From: a virus
Lineage: Duplodnaviria; Caudoviricetes
Direction: 5' to 3' (one strand)
Length of the DNA: 28,516 nt
Virus record (IMG/VR): IMGVR_UViG_3300017747_001699
Coordinates: 1 to 28,516 of that record
This document shows, one piece after another, positions 1 through 9,646 of this stretch. The position numbers were made by a program, and so were the translations under genes. Under the pieces are notes generated by a model. The model saw only the letters and a program-made list of their open reading frames with translations. It was not told where the DNA came from and searched no databases. Numbering within the stretch: the first letter of the stretch is position 1; the number at the start of each line of letters is the position of its first letter.

Positions 1-123
1 GATGCATCAGTCAAAGACATATCTACAACTTTAACTTCTGCGAAGTCGCTATTGGCATCTACACCAACAAACAAGTTGTCAACTTTAGATACAACGATAG
101 TACCTGTAGTCATTCCAGGACAA
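1..123. repeat. Terminal direct repeat, left copy (circular assembly overlap)
   Basis: 1-123 (GATGCATCAG...CCAGGACAA) is identical to 28394-28516, and the capsid ORF reads through the junction in frame. Confidence 0.97.
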
Positions 124-821
124 ACATAAATGTCATATCCATCAACTTGCATATTGAACTCTTTGAACGCGTTGTACTCGAATGCATATCCCGCTTTTGC
201 GATTGCTTGACGATACAATTGCGCAGTAGCGCGGTTCATATAAACCTTTGTATCGGGGTTACCAATCAAAGCCTCTGGCAACAAAGCCAAAACCGATTGA
301 ATGTTCTCGATAACATTGTCTACAGTCATTGTACCATAAGTAGCCTCCAAAGTTGATTGAGCCTTGATGATTTTTTCAAATCCATCAAATCCTTGATAAG
401 AACCTGTAGTTGTATCACCTTGCCAAATTGTGAACTCAATGTTTTGAGCAACTTGAGCAGCAGCGTAACCAATCAAGAAATCAGAGAAGTTAGCAGGAAC
501 AACATCGTTAGCAAATCCACGACCTGTAGAAGCGGCTTCCCAATCCTTTGCGAATTGTGATTTACAAACTTCCAAATTAACTTTCAAATCTTTAACCTCA
601 AGAACTGCCTCGTTCAAAGTCAATGCAGTTGGATCTTCGAATGCGCAAGTGAAATCTTGAACCAAGTTAGCAGAAGACAATTTCTTCAATACTGCCTTGT
701 ATTTAACACCCTCTTTAAGTGTTACGTATCCTTTCGCCAAAGTGTCTCCACTCAATAATGCAGCGTGAATATATGGTAATGCTAATTCACCTGCGTATGT
801 ACCGTTAATAGTAATAGCCAT
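1..821 (-). CDS. Major capsid protein, 5' part (continues across the junction to 28309; 301 aa total)
   Basis: Hand translation from ATG at 821 gives MAITINGTYAGELALPYIHAALLSGDTL...NIEFTIWQGD...YVCPGM with no stop. It joins the 28309-28506 ORF, follows the protease and scaffold genes, and is followed by a terminator. The YAGE/AALLS/IWQG motifs resemble Bacteroidota siphophage capsids. Confidence 0.9.
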   Translation of the reverse strand, partial: MAITINGTYAGELALPYIHAALLSGDTLAKGYVTLKEGVKYKAVLKKLSSANLVQDFTCAFEDPTALTLNEAVLEVKDLKVNLEVCKSQFAKDWEAASTGRGFANDVVPANFSDFLIGYAAAQVAQNIEFTIWQGDTTTGSYQGFDGFEKIIKAQSTLEATYGTMTVDNVIENIQSVLALLPEALIGNPDTKVYMNRATAQLYRQAIAKAGYAFEYNAFKEFNMQVDGYDIYVCPGMTTGTIVVSKVDNLFVGVDANSDFAEVKVVDMSLTDA

Positions 822-825
822 TTTT

Positions 826-1425
826 TTATTTTTTAGAATTAATTATTTGATATGCGCGTGAACGTGCATCCATTGCTTTGAATGGTGTAGGTTCTGCGCT
901 TTGTTTTTGTGCAACTGGATTAGCCTTCTTCACTGACTCGGTAGCAGGTGCTTTGGACATTTTCTCAATAGTTGCAGATAGGTTTTGCTTTTCAGCAGTC
1001 AACTCGTTAATCTTGGCTTCAAAGCCTTCGATTAATTTGCTGATAGTGTTTTCGAACTCCTCGCGTGAAACTCCATCGAAAGATGATTGCTCAACTTCTT
1101 CGATTTCAATCTCAACCTTTGGTTCTTCTTCTTCTGGCTTGTCTTTTACTTCGCTGATTTTGCCTTCTACTACAACCAAGATTTTACCTTCGGCGGTTTC
1201 GTGTTCTCCATCGGGAGCAGGGGTAGGATTACCTTCTGCATCCATAACAAAGATTTCAGAACCAATACCAAATTCAGCATCGGGTGAGTAGATTTCAGTA
1301 CCATCCGCGAGTACAGCCATAGCCATTTGTTTTTGCTCTACCGCCTCCTCAACTGCTGACAAACTAACCCCAAAGGATTTTAGCTTCTCTGCGTACTTGG
1401 AAACGATTTCGTTAACTTTACTCAT
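826..1425 (-). CDS. Capsid scaffolding protein (probable start MSKVNE at 1425)
   Basis: Acidic protein with a PAPDGEHETAEGKILVV motif and a C-terminal coiled coil, located between protease and capsid. The track start at 1458 overlaps the candidate promoter. Confidence 0.75.
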   Translation of the reverse strand: MSKVNEIVSKYAEKLKSFGVSLSAVEEAVEQKQMAMAVLADGTEIYSPDAEFGIGSEIFVMDAEGNPTPAPDGEHETAEGKILVVVEGKISEVKDKPEEEEPKVEIEIEEVEQSSFDGVSREEFENTISKLIEGFEAKINELTAEKQNLSATIEKMSKAPATESVKKANPVAQKQSAEPTPFKAMDARSRAYQIINSKK

Positions 1426-1450
1426 AGTGTTGATAATTACTTTGTATAAT

Positions 1451-1475
1451 AGACGCATAAACTCAAATTTGTTTT
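1451..1475 (-). promoter_or_regulatory. Candidate late (ECF-type) promoter for scaffold-capsid
   Basis: Minus strand AAACAAA-N12-CGTCTATTA. The TGCGTCT core (1451-1457) lies 25 nt upstream of ATG 1425. Confidence 0.6.
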
Positions 1476-1539
1476 TACTTTTGTGTCATCCCATTCGGGT
1501 AATGTTTGTTCATTTTTCTAATTGTTTTTAAGTTCACAG

Positions 1540-1567
1540 AAAAGCCACCCTAACGAGAGTGGCTTTT
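1540..1567 (-). terminator. Intrinsic terminator after the prohead protease (possibly bidirectional)
   Basis: Minus strand GCCACUCU-CGUU-AGGGUGGC-UUUU with one U-G pair; A/T runs on both sides. Confidence 0.75.
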
Positions 1568-1609
1568 TTGTTTGTCGGGTAAACAATACACCTGCACGGG
1601 TGTAATCTA

Positions 1610-2197
1610 TTACAACGCGCTCAATTCATCGGCTAATGCCTTCATAATTTTCTCAATCTCCTGCTCTGCTAAATACTCTTCACTCATTTCAGTAAAGAAT
1701 CCTTCAAGTGAAAACCCTTTAACATTACCTTGTTTGATGTCACTCCACACTTCATCATTATCTACTTTCATACCAATACACCACGTTCCATCGGGAAAGG
1801 AGAAACCAAAGTTTTGGCTTTTGTCGTGTTCGCCTTCTTTGATCCACGATTCAACAACTACGCATCCTGCTACAGGCACTTGATGTTCCAAGTTAGAATT
1901 GTGGTGCATATTACGCTTTAAATACTCTTGCGCTATCTTGTTAATAGTGTCCTTTGAATATTTGCAATAGTAAGCCTCACCTGCACCATTAACGCGGTAA
2001 ATAAGTTGGTCGGGAATCATCACCGCACCATACAACATCTTGCGCTCACCTTCTTCTATTGCCGCTTGTTTAATTTGCGTTTTAGACAATGCCACGAAGT
2101 CAACTTCGATAGCAGGATTCTCAACTAATGAGATTGCATTTACTCCTAAATATCCACTATCATCAATAGTGTATTCGATTACTTTTACTTCTTCCAT
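1610..2197 (-). CDS. Prohead protease (XkdF / peptidase S78-like)
   Basis: Motifs AISLVENPAIE, GAVMIPD..IYR, NLEH, VESW, P.GTW and VKGFSLEGFF; upstream of scaffold and capsid. Confidence 0.85.
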   Translation of the reverse strand: MEEVKVIEYTIDDSGYLGVNAISLVENPAIEVDFVALSKTQIKQAAIEEGERKMLYGAVMIPDQLIYRVNGAGEAYYCKYSKDTINKIAQEYLKRNMHHNSNLEHQVPVAGCVVVESWIKEGEHDKSQNFGFSFPDGTWCIGMKVDNDEVWSDIKQGNVKGFSLEGFFTEMSEEYLAEQEIEKIMKALADELSAL

Positions 2198-3984
2198 TAT
2201 TTTATGATTTTTGATTGGTCTTTTATTTTTTGTTCCGCTTCTTGTGCGCTGCTCACATTGGTAGCTAAAACGTAGGCTTGTAAAGGTTGTGCTTTATTAC
2301 CATTTACATTTAAAAATGATAGGTCAACAGCAGGTGCGCCACCTCCACCACTATTAGAACTTGGTGCAGTTGGTGCGCTACCACCGCCATCGTATTTCAT
2401 AGCAGCAATTTTAGCCACGTTAGCAAAGGCACTAATCCCCGTAGCAATAGCCAAAGGAATCCTAACAGGAGTAGGTATAGTTAGATCCGCTAAAACAGCA
2501 TTGACTGACTGATAACCTGCTATAGTCGCTTGAGCAATTTGAAGGCTTTTATTTATCTTAAATGATTGCTTTGCGTTTACTATACCATTAGCAGTTAACG
2601 CATCATTTAAATCCATCAAAGATTGAGTGCCTTGAGATGCTAATAAAAACTTCTGCTCTTGATATTTTAATTCTCTTTCTTCTTGCTCTTTGCGGTCTTC
2701 TTGTTGTGCCTTCTTAATCTCATCTTCTTGAGCCTTAATTTGAAGGTCTAATTCTTGCTTCTTTTCAGCATAAGCTATTTCTGCATCAACTCGCGCCTGT
2801 GTTCCTACATTATAAGTATCAATTTGTTCCTGTAATCTTTTTAATTCAATCTCACGCTCTTGCATTGCAATATTTTTCAATGCTGTTAAACGTAAAACAT
2901 CCGATTTAATACGACCTGCGTAGAACTTTTGAGCCTCAAGGCTTAATCTATTTGTGGCTTCTGCTTGAACTCTTAATAATTCATTCTCTTCCTTACTTAA
3001 TGCAAGGTCATTCATCTGCTGCTCTGAACGCAATCCAGCAATCTTTGCCCTAACTCCATCGGCTGCTGCTAATGCTTGAGTCATTGCAACTTGGTCATCT
3101 ATTTTTTTAGTATGATTGTAGGTTGCTTCTGCTGCATCAACTTGCGCTTGTGCTGCTGCGAGTTCCGCTTTTTCTTGCTTATCTAAAACATCGGCAAGTT
3201 CATTATTAGCCTTAATTCTATCTGCAATAGATTTACGTTCATCGTCTCGCGTTTGTCTTAATAACTCTGCATCTCTATCGTATTTCTCTGCTAATCTTGC
3301 TTGTTCTGCTGCGGCTAACTTTGCATTATTTTGTAATTTGACTAAATTTTCATTTGCATTCCAAGTTTCTTTAGCATATTTACCAAATGCTTCTGCTGCA
3401 TTAGTAACCGTTTCAGCTACCTTATCTACCGTATCATCTACACCAGTTAAGACATCAATACTTTCTTTACCTGCTTCTTTAAGTGTTTCCCAAGATTTAC
3501 TAAAGTCACCTGCAAAGAATTCAGCAACTGCCTTACCTATTAAACCTAATGTCTCACCTAATGATACAAATCTTTCTATTAAGTTGTCTTGTATTGCTTG
3601 ACCGAGTGCTTGAATTGCACCTAAAGGATCTTGAAAAATTGCTTTGAAATAATTAACTACCTTTCCTGCATTTTCAGTAACATAGGTAAATAGGTCACGA
3701 ACCATATCTCCCAAAGTACCCATTGCAACACTAAAGAAGTCAACTACTTTTTGATTGCTGGCTAAAACATCCTTAACTACATTTAACGCGCTTGATACAA
3801 GGGTAATAATCCCAAGTGATTTTACCAAGTTACCAGCAAAAGCCTTAAAACTTTTCGCACCATTCTCTGCACTCTTTTTGGCATTCGTGCCAATCTTTTC
3901 TACTTTATCAGTAGCTTCATCGGCACTTTTCTTTAAGGGGTCAAGGTCTATATCTACCTCTATATTTACTTTACTATTTGCCAT
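2197..3984 (-). CDS. Tail tape measure protein
   Basis: 595 aa, Ala/Glu/Lys-rich helical protein with hydrophobic segments and a C-terminal AIATGISAFANVAKI...QPLQAYV tail. Confidence 0.8.
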   Translation of the reverse strand: MANSKVNIEVDIDLDPLKKSADEATDKVEKIGTNAKKSAENGAKSFKAFAGNLVKSLGIITLVSSALNVVKDVLASNQKVVDFFSVAMGTLGDMVRDLFTYVTENAGKVVNYFKAIFQDPLGAIQALGQAIQDNLIERFVSLGETLGLIGKAVAEFFAGDFSKSWETLKEAGKESIDVLTGVDDTVDKVAETVTNAAEAFGKYAKETWNANENLVKLQNNAKLAAAEQARLAEKYDRDAELLRQTRDDERKSIADRIKANNELADVLDKQEKAELAAAQAQVDAAEATYNHTKKIDDQVAMTQALAAADGVRAKIAGLRSEQQMNDLALSKEENELLRVQAEATNRLSLEAQKFYAGRIKSDVLRLTALKNIAMQEREIELKRLQEQIDTYNVGTQARVDAEIAYAEKKQELDLQIKAQEDEIKKAQQEDRKEQEERELKYQEQKFLLASQGTQSLMDLNDALTANGIVNAKQSFKINKSLQIAQATIAGYQSVNAVLADLTIPTPVRIPLAIATGISAFANVAKIAAMKYDGGGSAPTAPSSNSGGGGAPAVDLSFLNVNGNKAQPLQAYVLATNVSSAQEAEQKIKDQSKIIK

Positions 3985-4160
3985 TAGAATATAAATTTAA
4001 TTAGCATAATGATGCCTATAATTAAAGACGCAGAAATAGTGAAATTTATGAGGTTAGTTGTAAAATTTGACAACTTATTTTCTTTGCTCGGTAGGTCTTT
4101 GCCTATTCCAAGTTTCAACATTTCCTTGATATTTTTAAATGTGTCTTGTGGATTATTCAT
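3984..4160 (-). CDS. Small membrane protein, 58 aa (not in ORF track)
   Basis: MNNPQDTFKNIKEMLKLGIGKDLPSKENKLSNFTTNLINFTISASLIIGIIMLIKFIF. Its start overlaps the upstream stop and its stop overlaps the tape-measure ATG (TAATG). C-terminal transmembrane helix. Confidence 0.7.
   Translation of the reverse strand: MNNPQDTFKNIKEMLKLGIGKDLPSKENKLSNFTTNLINFTISASLIIGIIMLIKFIF
4026..4052 (-). promoter_or_regulatory. Candidate late promoter for the tape measure gene
   Basis: Minus strand CTCATAAA-N14-CGTCTTTAA, about 40 nt upstream of ATG 3984. Confidence 0.5.
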
Positions 4161-7125
4161 AATGATACTGTGTGTATGTTAATTGACCGCTAATGTTTAT
4201 TGAATTGTACGGATAAGAGGTTGCATCTTCTAAAGTTACAAGTATTGCAAACGTACTACCTACAATATCCAAAGTTATTATAAATCTACCATCTATATCT
4301 ATAGCGGTTTCATCTATTGTCGTTACATTCTTTAGGCTTATAGTACCACCACTTTGTACAATATGTAAGTTATATTCACCGCTTACTGAAGCATCAATTA
4401 ACGCACCCACTTGACCAACCATTAAACGCAACTTAACAAGCCAAACGGAATCATCTGGCATCTTCATGTAAGTTGATCCATAAGCCGCTAAACTGATTGC
4501 AGTTGTATTGTTAGTAAAGTCACCTTTACCCCAAACAGGAATCAATCCGTTTTGCATTTCTCCCGTATAAGCACCTGCGCTACCGATTGTAGCACCTGCA
4601 TTCAATACGTTTGCATTATAGCCCATTACAAAAACGGAATCTAAACCGCTATCTAATCTATTGCCACTACCTAACACTATAGAATTGTCATTACCAATGC
4701 CCACAAAGTTGTTATCAGTTACAACTAATCCCGATTTATCTTCTTGTGGTGGGTTGGCTAATATCTTTTCGCTTGTTAATTTTGCTGGTTTAGGTTTACC
4801 GCTTCCATCGGAATCCCGAGAGAATGCATAACAACCGCCATCAATCCAATTATAATTATATATCTCACAGCAAACTTGGGTAGCATCTGCAGGGTTTCCA
4901 TCTACATCTTCAAATAAAACCCTTCCAAATGCGCTAATTCCTGTTGGTGTTAAAAGACAATCGGGTTCTGCTGTCACTTGCTTAATCAAAGTAACTTTAA
5001 CCGTGTCTTGCGTACCTACTACATAATCACTAATTGACAAGATTCTCCAATAAGAATCTTTAATAAATATCTTATCATTGAAATTGAAGTTGTAAATGTC
5101 CGCAAATTCAAGTGAAAAGAATGCTTCTAATATACGCGCATCAGGTGCGTAGATATTCTCTATATATTCCTTCCAATAACGTGCGTATAATGTCTTATAT
5201 GGAATAGATGACACCTCACAAAGTGGTGTTTCCTGTCCAAAGTTTAAATCACGCGTTGTAATATCAGGCAAGAAATCCGAATAATGACTAAACATATAAG
5301 CGGTTACTTGGTTAACTCCCGTAGTTGTGTCATTATACACATTAAAGTTAATTGTTTCGCCTACTTTATACAATATACGCGGGTTAGGTGCGGTATATTC
5401 ATACTGTTCATTTACGAATTTAGGAATAGCATAAGATGTAGCCTTAATCGGCACTATCGGAGTTGAACCAAAAAACAACTCAATCTTTTGTTCATCCGTT
5501 GCAAAATCATTTTGTGGATCTACTAACTCTAATCTACCATATACGCGGTCACCTTGTGTATTATAAAGGTTATTAAATAAGTCAGAACTTGCCTTATAAG
5601 TCCATGTATTCTTTCGCGCTTGGTAGTCCGTTGTAGCAGTTAGTGTGATGTCCTTACTAATATCAAGTAATTGTGTCCAATCTTTAGAAACCCCTTGCGA
5701 GATGTACTCGGTAAATGGTATTAAATCAATTTCTTTTTGATTTATCTTGTTAGGTACTACCACCAAATTGTACATCTTAAACAATGAATCAATAAACTCG
5801 GTACACTTCATAATAGGCGCATTTGCTGACCAATCTATAACGTTACCATATAAAGGTTTTGTTATCTCATTGCTTTGGAATGTTACACTTTTAAGAGTAA
5901 ATGTACCCGTAAAACTTGTCCAAGATGTATTGAATGGTTCTGCTTGAATCAATACAGGCTCAATAGTTTCACCTGTTTCTAAAAATACGTTTGCAGTTTG
6001 GTTATTTCCAAACCTATCAGAGTTAGTATAAAATACATCATTACCTTGACTATCGTAGGTATAAAATGCAATATTACCAACCGAGTTAACAAATGTCTTA
6101 TTACCAAGTAAATCCGTTTTAACGAATCTTATTCCTATTGTCGAATTGGTATTTGTGTCAACTTGTGCAGTCAAGTAAATACCGAATTTATAATTACCGC
6201 TAAATGGTGCGGTATAAACGTTTGCAGTTATATTACCGCCTGGATTAGTTACATCGGTTAACGTTGGAAAGTGATAAACGGAGTTAGTATAACCGCCTAT
6301 TGTCTCATTTGCAAAGTCACCAACTACAAAAGTTTCATCGGGTGTATAACCTTCAACTTTAAACTTTGCAGTTTCGGGATTGCCTCCACCTTGTTGTATT
6401 TGTCCCGCTTCAGATGTCCAGGGAATGTACATAAAGTCAAGTTCACCTGTTAATGTACTTGAATTACTACCTAATTGAAAACCGCTTAAATCTATAATCT
6501 TATTAAAGATATACCGAGCCGATACAAATGGTGTTAACTCTCCAGCTTTTGCTGCTACGTTTTTATTTGTAGAATTGATACATCTTGAATTTGCATCATC
6601 TACATTACCTACCCAATTTTGCCCCCTATCGGTTAGGCTTAAGTAAATATCAGTTTCTGCGTTAAAGGTTGCTATATTGTCATATTCAACAACGTAGTTG
6701 TAATCGGTTTGAAGTTGTGTTGAAATATAACCTTTAAAATCATTATCTCCAATATTCTTAAAGAAGTCCACAACGTTACCAAAGAAAACTATTTCATATT
6801 CACTCACATCTCCATTACTTGTATAACAAGCCTTAAATTGGCAGTTACCTTCAAGAATCGGTATAGTGTCAACTGTGATAATTGCATTCAGTTTTCGCTT
6901 CGGGTTAAATGATGCGAATTGATATGTATTCTCTTGTATAAACCCGAATATTTTACTATTGGTTTGCGTTGCAGGAATGCGAAAAGTTCGCGAGTAAGAT
7001 CCACGCGGTTTTAAGTCCTTTATATCACTAAAGTTGAACTGTAGCGCAATAGTTTCATTTTCGTAAAGGTCAACTAACGTAGGTACGTTATCACCTTGAC
7101 TATAAATTATAAGTGCTGTTTCCAT
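4153..7125 (-). CDS. Tail tip / baseplate hub-like protein
   Basis: 990 aa. The N-terminus DLYENETI...SYSRTFRIPAT..N, the FIDSLFKMYNL and DKIFIKDSYWRI motifs and the position in the tail module fit Bacteroidota phage tail hub proteins. Confidence 0.7.
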   Translation of the reverse strand: METALIIYSQGDNVPTLVDLYENETIALQFNFSDIKDLKPRGSYSRTFRIPATQTNSKIFGFIQENTYQFASFNPKRKLNAIITVDTIPILEGNCQFKACYTSNGDVSEYEIVFFGNVVDFFKNIGDNDFKGYISTQLQTDYNYVVEYDNIATFNAETDIYLSLTDRGQNWVGNVDDANSRCINSTNKNVAAKAGELTPFVSARYIFNKIIDLSGFQLGSNSSTLTGELDFMYIPWTSEAGQIQQGGGNPETAKFKVEGYTPDETFVVGDFANETIGGYTNSVYHFPTLTDVTNPGGNITANVYTAPFSGNYKFGIYLTAQVDTNTNSTIGIRFVKTDLLGNKTFVNSVGNIAFYTYDSQGNDVFYTNSDRFGNNQTANVFLETGETIEPVLIQAEPFNTSWTSFTGTFTLKSVTFQSNEITKPLYGNVIDWSANAPIMKCTEFIDSLFKMYNLVVVPNKINQKEIDLIPFTEYISQGVSKDWTQLLDISKDITLTATTDYQARKNTWTYKASSDLFNNLYNTQGDRVYGRLELVDPQNDFATDEQKIELFFGSTPIVPIKATSYAIPKFVNEQYEYTAPNPRILYKVGETINFNVYNDTTTGVNQVTAYMFSHYSDFLPDITTRDLNFGQETPLCEVSSIPYKTLYARYWKEYIENIYAPDARILEAFFSLEFADIYNFNFNDKIFIKDSYWRILSISDYVVGTQDTVKVTLIKQVTAEPDCLLTPTGISAFGRVLFEDVDGNPADATQVCCEIYNYNWIDGGCYAFSRDSDGSGKPKPAKLTSEKILANPPQEDKSGLVVTDNNFVGIGNDNSIVLGSGNRLDSGLDSVFVMGYNANVLNAGATIGSAGAYTGEMQNGLIPVWGKGDFTNNTTAISLAAYGSTYMKMPDDSVWLVKLRLMVGQVGALIDASVSGEYNLHIVQSGGTISLKNVTTIDETAIDIDGRFIITLDIVGSTFAILVTLEDATSYPYNSINISGQLTYTQYHYE

Positions 7126-7135
7126 TTAATATAAA

Positions 7136-8932
7136 TTATGGGCAAGTTCCAAATCCAAGATATACTTTAATAACACCTGTATAAACACCTACAAAAGTTG
7201 GCAAGTTTAATCTGAAATAATTATTATAACCCCACACTAAACTAAATTCAATAGGTGCTGCAGTATCGGCAGCATTATAAGAAGTTACAAAATAACCTCC
7301 CAAACCATCATCACCATATCTAAAGTATCCAGTTCCTGCTCCGGGTATTGGGCTACTAAATTCTAATCTAACATAATAAGTATTACCATAAACAAAAAAT
7401 GGGGTAGTATCAGCATTATATGGGTATACTACTCTATATCTTCCTGAAGTTGTAGCTATAGCTGTTATTTCTACATAAGAACCAGTTGTATTAGTTAATG
7501 GTAATGTAGCACTACCTATATTACTTGCCCAGTTATCTGCATAAGTACACGCTATTGGTTCAGGTATTGGATACGGTGTATTATTAATATTTATAAAATC
7601 ATTATCATTAGCAATTTGCAATCTAATATTTTGATTGTATTTACGTGAATTTCTTTCTCGTCTCATTAAGTAGTTGTTATCTTCAACTACCACAGGAATT
7701 ACGGAATAACCATCTACGTTATCATCTACCATCCAAACGGATTTTGAACGGAATAAGTCCTTCATATATTTAAACTCACTTTCAGTTAACCAATTACTTG
7801 TAAGGTTTAAAAATGTTTTTACTATTGGCTCTCGTTCAGTAAGTGAACGTGAATAAGATTGTGTACTAAAAGGATTTTCAGTTGTGGCATTATTATAGTC
7901 GCCCAAATATTGCTTGTATCTTTTCTTTTCGACCTCTATGGATTTTTCGTTTTTCTTAATAAATGAATATGAATCTATGCCACCCATTTGATTAAGCCAG
8001 TACAAATGAACGGGGTTATACTTACAATCACTTTCAAGCCAATAACCATATTTAGCGGTTACTTCGTTATCTTCTGCATCAACTCCAACCAATGTCCAAT
8101 ACGCAGTATTGTCTGCGGTTGTTTCATCTATATATCCACCATTAACAAGGTTCTTTAATCCCGTTGGTAAATGAAATAATGAACGTTCATTTGTAGTAAA
8201 TGGAATAGATACTGATGTTTCAATAGTTCCTAATTCATTATATAACTCAAATAGAAAATTATCAATCGTTAAAAATGGATAGTTAGTATTTACAAAAGCT
8301 CCATTATCTGCAATCCAAGATAGTATTCTATATGCGCTATCTTCTTGCCCTGAAACATTTGAACGAGATATTTTTTGCCAGTTTATTGTTTCGCTTTGAA
8401 GTGATGCAGGAAGGTTAATTGCAGTAGCTACCGTTTCAGCATTAAATCCAAGTGTATTATCATAGGCTTGACAAAGTGCTAATGGCTTGGTGTCGTTTGT
8501 ACCCATCACGATAAAGTTTTGTTTACCGCTACCATATACTACCATTAATTGATATTCTACTCCATTGGTTTCATCCTCTGTAAACACGCCGCCTATCTCC
8601 CAACCTTCATAACATAGAATAACAAATCCTTTAACGTTTAAAAATCTTGATAATAATGGTTCTGATATGTGTACTAATACATCACTTGTATTATATACCA
8701 TAGGAGTAGGCGTCAACTGATTAAATATAGTTTTACAATTAAATACACCATTCAAAGCTGCATTTGGCGCAACGTAGAACTTGTAATCGTTAATAATAAA
8801 AATATATTTAAATCCTGGTTGGCTTACATTGTCTGAAGCCATTGTAATGGCTACATCATTATTACTAAATGCAAGACCATTAAACTCGGTAGGTCCTTGA
8901 GCCGAAAGTCCTGTAATCTTTGTCGTTATCAT
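7136..8932 (-). CDS. Minor tail protein (distal-tail-like) with C-terminal beta-rich extension
   Basis: CKYNPVHLYWLNQMGGIDSYSF and LNLTSNWLTESE..YMKDLFRSKSVW motifs; lies between tail completion and hub genes. Confidence 0.65.
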   Translation of the reverse strand: MITTKITGLSAQGPTEFNGLAFSNNDVAITMASDNVSQPGFKYIFIINDYKFYVAPNAALNGVFNCKTIFNQLTPTPMVYNTSDVLVHISEPLLSRFLNVKGFVILCYEGWEIGGVFTEDETNGVEYQLMVVYGSGKQNFIVMGTNDTKPLALCQAYDNTLGFNAETVATAINLPASLQSETINWQKISRSNVSGQEDSAYRILSWIADNGAFVNTNYPFLTIDNFLFELYNELGTIETSVSIPFTTNERSLFHLPTGLKNLVNGGYIDETTADNTAYWTLVGVDAEDNEVTAKYGYWLESDCKYNPVHLYWLNQMGGIDSYSFIKKNEKSIEVEKKRYKQYLGDYNNATTENPFSTQSYSRSLTEREPIVKTFLNLTSNWLTESEFKYMKDLFRSKSVWMVDDNVDGYSVIPVVVEDNNYLMRRERNSRKYNQNIRLQIANDNDFININNTPYPIPEPIACTYADNWASNIGSATLPLTNTTGSYVEITAIATTSGRYRVVYPYNADTTPFFVYGNTYYVRLEFSSPIPGAGTGYFRYGDDGLGGYFVTSYNAADTAAPIEFSLVWGYNNYFRLNLPTFVGVYTGVIKVYLGFGTCP

Positions 8933-9456
8933 ACTTTTATTTTCTTTTGAAGGTTATCTTCAATTACAATTTTTATTTCTTTACCTAAAGCATCCGCAAA
9001 TTGTGGTTCGTAAACATCAATTAAATCATTAACCGCATCGCGCCAATAATAAAGTGGAGGTATACCCCTGCGACCTATGGCACGTGCAATATTGAACGCA
9101 GCCGCTTCAATTCTTTCGGGTGTTTGCTTAACTATCTTGCCATCCAAAGAACGAACCTTAATAGGCTTTATCTTCATCCATTGTATAATGGCTTCAATAG
9201 GTGGTCGCTTTGAGTTTGCTCTACGACCTTGCTCAACTACATCAGCATATTGACTCGCTTTACCTTTCGCAAAGAACTCTAACTTACCTTTCTTCGCGTT
9301 GTAATAATATGCAAGTGATCTACGTAATGTATCCGATGCAACCGCACGTCTTTTCTTTCCTTTAACGGTACGATATGCACCGAGATTCTGCATTGCCTTT
9401 TCTACAACGTCAGCACCAAACTTATTGATTAAATCATTTAAAGGACTATTAGCCAT
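8929..9456 (-). CDS. Tail completion / neck protein (HK97 gp10-like)
   Basis: Basic protein with ASDTLRRSL, YADVVEQGRR..KRPP..I..W and AFNIARAIGRRGIPP motifs. Confidence 0.65.
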   Translation of the reverse strand: MANSPLNDLINKFGADVVEKAMQNLGAYRTVKGKKRRAVASDTLRRSLAYYYNAKKGKLEFFAKGKASQYADVVEQGRRANSKRPPIEAIIQWMKIKPIKVRSLDGKIVKQTPERIEAAAFNIARAIGRRGIPPLYYWRDAVNDLIDVYEPQFADALGKEIKIVIEDNLQKKIKV

Positions 9457-9646
9457 TTATGAAAGTTAAGAATGCTGTGTTTGAATCATCTGCCAATAAT
9501 TGAGCAAAGGCTTCTATCCCCTTTTCCTCTAACTTCTGCATAAATAATCCATAGTTATCTATGTCGTTTGGATTCCAAGCAAAAAATATATTGTTATTTA
9601 CTACAATACAAGGAATGCCATTCTTTTCTATTAGTTCGTATATCAT
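9449..9646 (-). CDS. Hypothetical protein (possible fibre assembly partner)
   Basis: 65 aa, translationally coupled to both neighbours, directly downstream of the fibre gene. Confidence 0.55.
   Translation of the reverse strand: MIYELIEKNGIPCIVVNNNIFFAWNPNDIDNYGLFMQKLEEKGIEAFAQLLADDSNTAFLTFING

Noticed and set aside
147-560. Plus-strand ORFs 147-356 and 357-560
   Set aside because: They are antisense shadows of the major capsid gene.
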